Under the pieces are notes generated by a model. That model was not told the DNA's origin. It saw nothing but the letters and a program-made list of their open reading frames with translations, and searched no databases. Shown one piece after another: positions 23,819 to 29,479 of a stretch of DNA of 29,479 nucleotides. The stretch lies in assembly GCA_035765615.1 (NCBI GenBank), contig DASTXF010000082.1, positions 1-29,479 on the forward strand, in the 5' to 3' direction. Position 1 is the stretch's first letter. Each line of letters begins with the position of its first letter. The position numbers and the translations under genes are program-made. Source of the DNA: Minisyncoccota bacterium (GTDB lineage: Bacteria > Patescibacteriota > Minisyncoccia > Phycocordibacterales > UBA6065).

Positions 23819-25705
23819 ATGACTTCTTCAGACGTCCGAAGCCGATTTTTAGCCTTCTACCAGAAACGCGGGCACGCCGTAATCCCATCGGCTTCGCTCG
23901 TACCTGAAAACGACCCGACGACGCTCTTTACGGGGTCTGGCATGCAGCCTCTTGTGCCGTATCTTCTCGGCGAAAAGCACCCGGCAGGCAAGCGGCTCGT
24001 TAACTCTCAGAAATCATTCCGCGCCGAGGACATCGACGAAGTCGGCGATAACCGTCACACGACGTTTTTCGAGATGCTCGGCAACTGGTCGCTCGGCGAT
24101 TACTTCAAAAAGGAGCAGCTTCCGTGGTTTTTTGAATTTCTTACGGATGAGGTCGGCCTCGATCCGAAACGCCTTTACGTCACCGTCTATGCGGGCGACG
24201 AAAAGAACGGGGTGCCTCGTGATGATGAATCAGTTGGCATTTGGAAGGATCTTTTCAAGAAGAAGGGCATCGACGCCAAGGATGTCATGATGGGCACTGA
24301 AGAAAAAGGTGCTGAAGTCGGCATGCAAGGCGGCCGAATTTTCTACTACTCCAAGAAGAATTGGTGGTCGCGCGCCGGCGCTCCTGAAAAAATGCCGGCA
24401 AACGAGCCGGGCGGCCCGGACTCCGAAGTCTTCTACGAATTCGAGAGCATCGAACATGATCCAAAGTTCGGCAAGCACTGCCATCCAAACTGCGACTGCG
24501 GGCGCTATCTCGAAATCGGCAACTCGGTATTCATGGAATACCGCAAGACAGAGCAGGGCGCATTCGAAAAGCTCACTCAAAGAAATGTGGATTTCGGCGG
24601 AGGTCTTGAACGCATCACTGCTGCATCGATCGGAAGCCCTGATGTTTTCATGATCGATATATTCAAAGGTGCAATCGGCGAACTTGAAAAACTTTCAGGC
24701 AAGTCGTATTCCGACGAGGCATACCGCAAATCCTTCCGCATCATTGCTGACCATATGCGTGCCTGCATCCACCTCATGGGTGATGGCGTTATGCCGTCGA
24801 ATACCGAGCAGGGCTATTTCGTGAGGCGCTTCCTCCGTCGCGCTGTCCGTCACCTCGATCTTCTGGGAATAAAAGAAGGCGGCATTTCAACGATCGTCGA
24901 TTCCATTATTGGTTTCTATAAGGACGCGTATCCTTCGATGTATGCCAATCGGGATATGATCGCGTCCGAAATCCAAAAAGAAGCGGACAAATTCCGTAAA
25001 ACGATCGCCGACGGCATGCATGAATTTCACAAGCTTGTTCTTGCGAACGGAAATACGTTCAACGGTGATATCGCCTTCGTACTTTTCACATCGTATGGTT
25101 TTCCGTTCGAAGTGGCACTCGAAGTCGCGGAACATGAAAAAGTTTCTGTCGCCAAGGACACGAAGGCCGAATTCGAAAGTCTCATGAAGAAGCACCAGGA
25201 CCTCTCCCGCGCCGGTTCAGAACAGAAATTCAAGGGCGGCCTCGGCGACACTTCCGAGATGTCGGTCAAATACCATACGGCAACGCACTTGCTCCATAAG
25301 GCTCTCCATGAAGTCCTTGGCGAGCACGTTTCTCAGAAGGGTTCGAATATCACCCCGGAGCGCCTTCGTTTTGACTTCACCCATGGCGCCAAGATGACCG
25401 ACGAAGAAAAGAAAAGGGTAGAGGCTATTGTAAACGAAAAGATCAAAGCCGACCTTCCTGTTCACCGCATTGAACTTCCAAAAGAAGAAGCGGAAAAAAC
25501 CGGCGCATTCCATTTCTTCGGCGACAAGTACGGTGACAAGGTTTCCGTCTACTACATTGGCGATTCGCTTGATACCGCATATTCCAAAGAGTTCTGCGGC
25601 GGTCCTCAGGTCGAGCGCACGGGTGTTCTCGGTACATTCAAGATCCAGAAGGAAGAGGCTGTTTCCGCTGGTGTCCGCCGTATCAAGGCCGTACTAAGCA
25701 ATTAG
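23819..25705 (+). CDS. alaS: Alanine--tRNA ligase, short form (628 aa)
   Basis: LFTGSGMQ, RHTTFFEMLGNWSLGDYFK, VDFGGGLER, IIADHMR, HTATHLLH, QKGSNITPERLRFDF; ends at AGVRRIKAV with no C-Ala domain. Confidence 0.97.
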   Translation: MTSSDVRSRFLAFYQKRGHAVIPSASLVPENDPTTLFTGSGMQPLVPYLLGEKHPAGKRLVNSQKSFRAEDIDEVGDNRHTTFFEMLGNWSLGDYFKKEQLPWFFEFLTDEVGLDPKRLYVTVYAGDEKNGVPRDDESVGIWKDLFKKKGIDAKDVMMGTEEKGAEVGMQGGRIFYYSKKNWWSRAGAPEKMPANEPGGPDSEVFYEFESIEHDPKFGKHCHPNCDCGRYLEIGNSVFMEYRKTEQGAFEKLTQRNVDFGGGLERITAASIGSPDVFMIDIFKGAIGELEKLSGKSYSDEAYRKSFRIIADHMRACIHLMGDGVMPSNTEQGYFVRRFLRRAVRHLDLLGIKEGGISTIVDSIIGFYKDAYPSMYANRDMIASEIQKEADKFRKTIADGMHEFHKLVLANGNTFNGDIAFVLFTSYGFPFEVALEVAEHEKVSVAKDTKAEFESLMKKHQDLSRAGSEQKFKGGLGDTSEMSVKYHTATHLLHKALHEVLGEHVSQKGSNITPERLRFDFTHGAKMTDEEKKRVEAIVNEKIKADLPVHRIELPKEEAEKTGAFHFFGDKYGDKVSVYYIGDSLDTAYSKEFCGGPQVERTGVLGTFKIQKEEAVSAGVRRIKAVLSN

Positions 25706-25709
25706 GAAT

Positions 25710-25743
25710 AAAGCCGCGCGCTTCAAAGAAGCGCGCGGCTTTT
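25710..25743 (+). terminator. Rho-independent terminator
   Basis: AAAGCCGCGCGCTTC/GAAGCGCGCGGCTTT 15-bp stem. Confidence 0.88.
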
Positions 25744-25760
25744 CTTGCTATACTATTCCC

Positions 25761-26972
25761 ATGTTCTCTCTCTTCGGGAAAAAAGCTGAGCTTGGTATCG
25801 TCTATCACATCGGAACCGCCTCCGTGGGCGCCGGCCTCGTGCGATTCCACGCAGGGAATCTGCCGCATGTCGTGTATTCGCTTCGCGAACCAATCCCATA
25901 CCAGGAAAACGTCGACCCCGAGCGATTCCTTGCGAGCATGATTGAGGCTCTGAAGGTGATCAATGCCCGCCTCGCTAAAGACGGTCTCGCGCACCTCAAG
26001 TTCACTGAATTCGGAACGCTCGCTGTCAAACGCGTCTTTTATGTTTTTTCATCTCCGTGGGCGGTTACTGAAACGAAAGTGGCGACCATTAAGGAGAAAG
26101 AATCGTTTACATTCACGCGCGACCGGGTCGATCGCATCATTGAGGCAGAAGAAAAAGCTTTCGAAAAAGAAATGGCAGGGGGAGATGAGTCGGCGCTTAA
26201 AGGCCTCCGCGCAATTGAGCGACACGTCATTGACATTCGTCTGAACGGCTACGAAGTCGCAGACCCATACGGAAAGAAGGCCCGGTTTGCCGATGTAACG
26301 TTCCTCACAAGCCTTGTTCCGGAAGCACTTCTCGAAAAGATTTCAGATATTTCCGTAAAGACGTATCATCCGCGAGACACTCGATCATACTCATTCGTAC
26401 TCGCTTCTTTCTCCGTAATCCGCGATGTATTTCATGAAGAGAAAGACTTCATATTCCTCGATATTGGAAGCGAAATATCAGATGTCACGGTTGTGAAGAA
26501 CGGCCTCATTGCATCGACGGCAAGTTTTCCTCTCGGCCGCCATTTTATTGTGCGGAAAGTGAAAAAGGCTCTCGGCGCGACGGCGGCAGAAGCGGCATCC
26601 CTTATCCGTGCATACGAAGCGGATGCGGCAGACAAGGCCACCGCTGAAAAACTCAAACCTATCCTGGATGCTGCCGCGGAAGAATGGGCCGGTGGCTTTC
26701 GAACTGTTGTCTCAAAAGCGGGTGGAGCGATTTCGCTTCCAACGAAAATCTTCGTCGTGGTGAGTACGGACATTGTTGAGCTTTTCATGCGTGCGCTTCG
26801 TTCGGAAAAAGTTACGGAACTCGGTGCATTCGACGCGCCGCTTTCGGCGATTTTGGTTCATCCCGGCAAATTGAAAGGGGCGGTTGCATTCGGGAAGCAT
26901 GCCGAACCCGATCCGCTCGTCGCGATCGCTGCTGCATTCGCCGGAAGGGTGTACGAATCAAACGGAGAGTAG
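25761..26972 (+). CDS. FtsA/PilM-like actin-fold protein
   Basis: YHIGTASV (phosphate-1-like), IDIRLNGY, FLDIGSEISDVTV…FPLGRHFIVRKV…AAEAASL (phosphate-2 region of FtsA/PilM). Confidence 0.75.
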   Translation: MFSLFGKKAELGIVYHIGTASVGAGLVRFHAGNLPHVVYSLREPIPYQENVDPERFLASMIEALKVINARLAKDGLAHLKFTEFGTLAVKRVFYVFSSPWAVTETKVATIKEKESFTFTRDRVDRIIEAEEKAFEKEMAGGDESALKGLRAIERHVIDIRLNGYEVADPYGKKARFADVTFLTSLVPEALLEKISDISVKTYHPRDTRSYSFVLASFSVIRDVFHEEKDFIFLDIGSEISDVTVVKNGLIASTASFPLGRHFIVRKVKKALGATAAEAASLIRAYEADAADKATAEKLKPILDAAAEEWAGGFRTVVSKAGGAISLPTKIFVVVSTDIVELFMRALRSEKVTELGAFDAPLSAILVHPGKLKGAVAFGKHAEPDPLVAIAAAFAGRVYESNGE

Positions 26973-26994
26973 TATAATCGAGCGAGCACAACCT

Positions 26995-28449
26995 ATGGCA
27001 CGAAAGAATCCGATGCAAGATATCGTTCCAAAAGGACGATCCATACGAAACATACCTCTCAAAGAAGGACGAGAGTCGGCACTTCCTAAAGCGCCGCGTA
27101 AAAAAGAGATCACCCAGGCTGAAATAAAGGAGCGCCAGCGCGAAATTGAGCGCGAAAAAGAGCTTCGTAAGGATGTTGAGCTTAAACAAGTTGCAGAAAA
27201 GCAGCTTGAAGAGGATATTGTCGAGGAAAAAGAGGAAATCCGCGAAATAGAAGAAGATAGGGCCCAGAAAGAAGCGATTCGAGAGGCCCGTGAAGAATTC
27301 GAGGAAACTCGCACCAAGCGAACCAAGAGAGCACAGATGCGTAACAAGACCATTGCTTATGCCCTCGGTGCGGTCGTTGTCGTTGTTGGCCTCGCCGCCC
27401 TCGTAACAAGCGTATTTCATAGCGCAACGATCACGGTTACGCCTCGCACGCTCGCGTTTACCGCTGATGGCGACTTTACTGCAAAGAAAAATCCGTCCGG
27501 ATCGGATCTTCCGTTCCAGGTTGTCTCTCTTACTGAGACTGCAAGCGAGACCGTCCATGCTACGGGCGAAAAGCAGGTGACTACCCGCGCATCAGGAACG
27601 ATCATTATTTATAACAATTACAGCACTGCTCCGCAGAGACTTATAAAAAACACGCGATTCGCTACTCCGGAAGGTCTCATTTTCCGTATTACGGATTCCG
27701 TAACGGTTCCTGGTAAGAAAGGCACGACGCCAGGGAGCATTGAGGCGACTGTTCTCGCCGATGAGGCTGGGACGCAATACAATGTTGGTCTCAAAGATTT
27801 TACTATTCCCGGATTTAAAGGCGATCCCCGCTACAACGGTTTCTATGCGCGATCAAAGACTCCTCTTGCCGGAGGCTTCTCTGGTGTGCAGAAAATCGTG
27901 TCTGACTCGGACCGTGCGAAGGCAAAATCCGACATCGAATCGAAGCTTGCCGCAGATCTCGTGAAGCAAGCAATGGCGTCAAAAAAGGATGGCCAGGTGA
28001 CGTTTGATAAGGCGTACACCGTCGATTACACCGCACTTCCTGACGAAGCATCTGGCGATCAGGTCACGATAAAAGAGCAGGGAGTCATTTCTGCGGCGAT
28101 CTTCGATCAGAAGGACATTTCCACTGCACTTGCGGATGAATACATCAAGGGATATAACGGCGATCCAGTGATCGTTCCTGACTTCTCGTCTCTTGTCTTC
28201 ACTCCAAAGGACTTCAAGCCGGCATCTTCGGATTCGATTACGTTCCATCTTGCAGGTAATGCTTCGTTTGAATGGATCTATGACGAGAACGCACTCAAGA
28301 ATGCTTTGAAAGGGCAATCTCGCGGCAATACCCCCTCAATCCTTCAGAAGTTCCCTATGATAGAAAAGGCCGATATATCGATTCGTCCGTTCTGGTCGCG
28401 TTCATTCCCTGATTCCGTAGGGAAGATAACGGTCAAGAAAGCGATATAG
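26995..28449 (+). CDS. Single-pass membrane protein with a baseplate-J-like extracellular domain (~484 aa)
   Basis: Charged coiled coil, TM (LGAVVVVVGLAALV), then ASGTIIIYN…TRF.T.EG.IF…VTVPG…SIEATVLADEAG..YN…FTIPG…GG; start ATG 26995 downstream of TATAAT at 26973. Confidence 0.75.
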   Translation: MARKNPMQDIVPKGRSIRNIPLKEGRESALPKAPRKKEITQAEIKERQREIEREKELRKDVELKQVAEKQLEEDIVEEKEEIREIEEDRAQKEAIREAREEFEETRTKRTKRAQMRNKTIAYALGAVVVVVGLAALVTSVFHSATITVTPRTLAFTADGDFTAKKNPSGSDLPFQVVSLTETASETVHATGEKQVTTRASGTIIIYNNYSTAPQRLIKNTRFATPEGLIFRITDSVTVPGKKGTTPGSIEATVLADEAGTQYNVGLKDFTIPGFKGDPRYNGFYARSKTPLAGGFSGVQKIVSDSDRAKAKSDIESKLAADLVKQAMASKKDGQVTFDKAYTVDYTALPDEASGDQVTIKEQGVISAAIFDQKDISTALADEYIKGYNGDPVIVPDFSSLVFTPKDFKPASSDSITFHLAGNASFEWIYDENALKNALKGQSRGNTPSILQKFPMIEKADISIRPFWSRSFPDSVGKITVKKAI

Positions 28450-28450
28450 C

Positions 28451-28479
28451 TTTACAAGCAGTTCTTATTGGTTTATACT
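28451..28479 (+). promoter_or_regulatory. Promoter of infA-rpmJ
   Basis: TTTACA-17 nt-TATACT. Confidence 0.7.
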
Positions 28480-28495
28480 GTTCGTCACGTTCTAA

Positions 28496-28708
28496 ATGGC
28501 AGATCCAAACAAAGAAAGCGTCATAGGCGTCGTCACCGAAGCGCTCCCGAATACCTTTTTTAGGGTACGACTGGAGAATGAGAGCGAGATCCTGACGTAT
28601 CTTGCGGGCAAAATGAGGATGAACCGCATCCGAGTGCTCGTAGGAGACAAAGTCAGGATAGAGCTTGATCCCTACGGTGGCAAAGGGAGGATTGTTCAGA
28701 GAATGTAA
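28496..28708 (+). CDS. infA: Translation initiation factor IF-1
   Basis: [18 protein letters not shown]…[24 protein letters not shown]. Confidence 0.97.
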   Translation: MADPNKESVIGVVTEALPNTFFRVRLENESEILTYLAGKMRMNRIRVLVGDKVRIELDPYGGKGRIVQRM

Positions 28709-28717
28709 CCAATAACC

Positions 28718-28834
28718 ATGAGAGTAAAATCATCAGTTAAAAAGAAGTGCGCGAATTGCAAAGTGGTCCGAAGGAAGGGCTACGTGTATATCGTCTGCAA
28801 GTCGAATCCGCGCCATAAGCAGCGCCAGGGCTAA
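28718..28834 (+). CDS. rpmJ: 50S ribosomal protein L36 (Zn-ribbon form); not in the ORF track
   Basis: Hand-translated [38 protein letters not shown]. Confidence 0.97.
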   Translation: MRVKSSVKKKCANCKVVRRKGYVYIVCKSNPRHKQRQG

Positions 28835-28851
28835 TATATGAAGCTCGAAGC

Positions 28852-28880
28852 TTTACTTATTTTTAGCCTCATGTTAGGAT
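28852..28880 (+). promoter_or_regulatory. Promoter of the rpsM-rpsK (alpha-like) operon
   Basis: TTTACT-17 nt-TAGGAT with TG extension. Confidence 0.6.
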
Positions 28881-28965
28881 AGCCTTCCGACCCGATTGAG
28901 CACAAAACGCCACGGTCAGACGTTTTAATTTTTTATTTAAGCCTCCCAAACAAAGCCTTTATCCC

Positions 28966-29346
28966 ATGCGAATCCTCGGTATCACTCTCCCAGACGAAAA
29001 GCGCATCGAAATCGCCCTCACTGCGCTCTACGGCGTAGGCCGCTCACGCGCACAGTCCATCCTCAAGCAGGCGAACGTCGCATTCGAGAAGAAGGCGAAA
29101 GAAATCAGCGCAGAGGAAGAAAACGCAATCAAGAAAGTGATGGAAATCATGAAGCTTGAAGGCGATCTCAAGCGCGAAGTCGCTGCAAACGTAAAGCGAT
29201 TGAAAGACATTAAGGCGTATCGCGGTGTAAGGCACGCTCGCAATCTTCCTGTCCGCGGACAGAGGACGAAGACTAACTCCCGCACCCGTCGCGGTAACGT
29301 CCGAAAGACCATGGGTACTGGAAGGAAAGTAGCCGAGAAGAAGTAA
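28966..29346 (+). CDS. rpsM: 30S ribosomal protein S13
   Basis: RILGITLP..KRIEIALTALYGVG…LEGDLKREV…YRGVRH..NLPVRGQRTKTN. Confidence 0.98.
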   Translation: MRILGITLPDEKRIEIALTALYGVGRSRAQSILKQANVAFEKKAKEISAEEENAIKKVMEIMKLEGDLKREVAANVKRLKDIKAYRGVRHARNLPVRGQRTKTNSRTRRGNVRKTMGTGRKVAEKK

Positions 29347-29364
29347 TACCGAATAATCATCATT

Positions 29365-29479
29365 ATGGCAGAGACTAAGAAGATCGAAGATAAGAAGGTT
29401 GAAAAGGCAGCGGAGCCAAAGAAGGAATCCGCTGCTAAAGCACCTAAAAAGAAGGTCGACACCGGCATTCTTTTCGTAC
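29365..29479 (+). CDS. rpsK: 30S ribosomal protein S11, N-terminal part (truncated by the window edge)
   Basis: MAETKKIEDKKVEKAAEPKKESAAKAPKKKVDTGILFV…; directly follows rpsM; Lys-rich extension leading into the first S11 strand. Confidence 0.8.
   Translation, partial: MAETKKIEDKKVEKAAEPKKESAAKAPKKKVDTGILFV

Noticed and set aside
15747-25743. Shared GCCGC…GCGGCTTTT stems in terminators at 15747, 16169, 18450 and 25710 as a dispersed repeat family
   Set aside because: Similarity is limited to short GC stems typical of terminators; loops and lengths differ.
26995-28449. Prophage remnant
   Set aside because: Only one baseplate-like domain, membrane-anchored and embedded among core genes; no integrase, terminase, capsid or att sites.
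1-29479. Alternative genetic code (UGA=Gly as in Gracilibacteria/Absconditabacteria)
   Set aside because: Core genes are full length under code 11, and TGA terminates genes cleanly (e.g. mnmA at 17825, UDG at 21430).

Overview
Gene-dense chromosomal segment, most likely from a Patescibacteria (CPR, Parcubacteria-like) bacterium. Supporting features are a short AlaRS lacking C-Ala, a sigma-r4/wHTH fusion, an FtsA-like plus baseplate-J-like gene pair and few Shine-Dalgarno sites; TGA is used as stop (code 11). Bases 1-5912 form a GC-richer accessory block: the truncated end of a gene, a vWA-type protein and a divergent adenylosuccinate-synthetase-like enzyme, followed by a 408-aa orphan with a SAM-like segment and a 590-aa Pol-beta-type nucleotidyltransferase. 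The rest is mostly housekeeping (ychF, EVE, leuS with an inserted NUDIX domain, mltG, mnmA, two PD-(D/E)XK nucleases, MGMT, UDG, M3 peptidase, alaS, infA-rpmJ-rpsM-rpsK) with small hypotheticals interspersed. The strongest unexplained signals are (i) a ~270-nt promoter- and terminator-bounded, highly structured non-coding RNA at ~7915-8186 that partly matches the RNase P RNA core register but with altered catalytic positions, (ii) the vWA/PurA-like operon, and (iii) a repeated terminator/extended -10/leaderless-start module. All identifications come from motif recognition by eye; no searches or folding programs were run.
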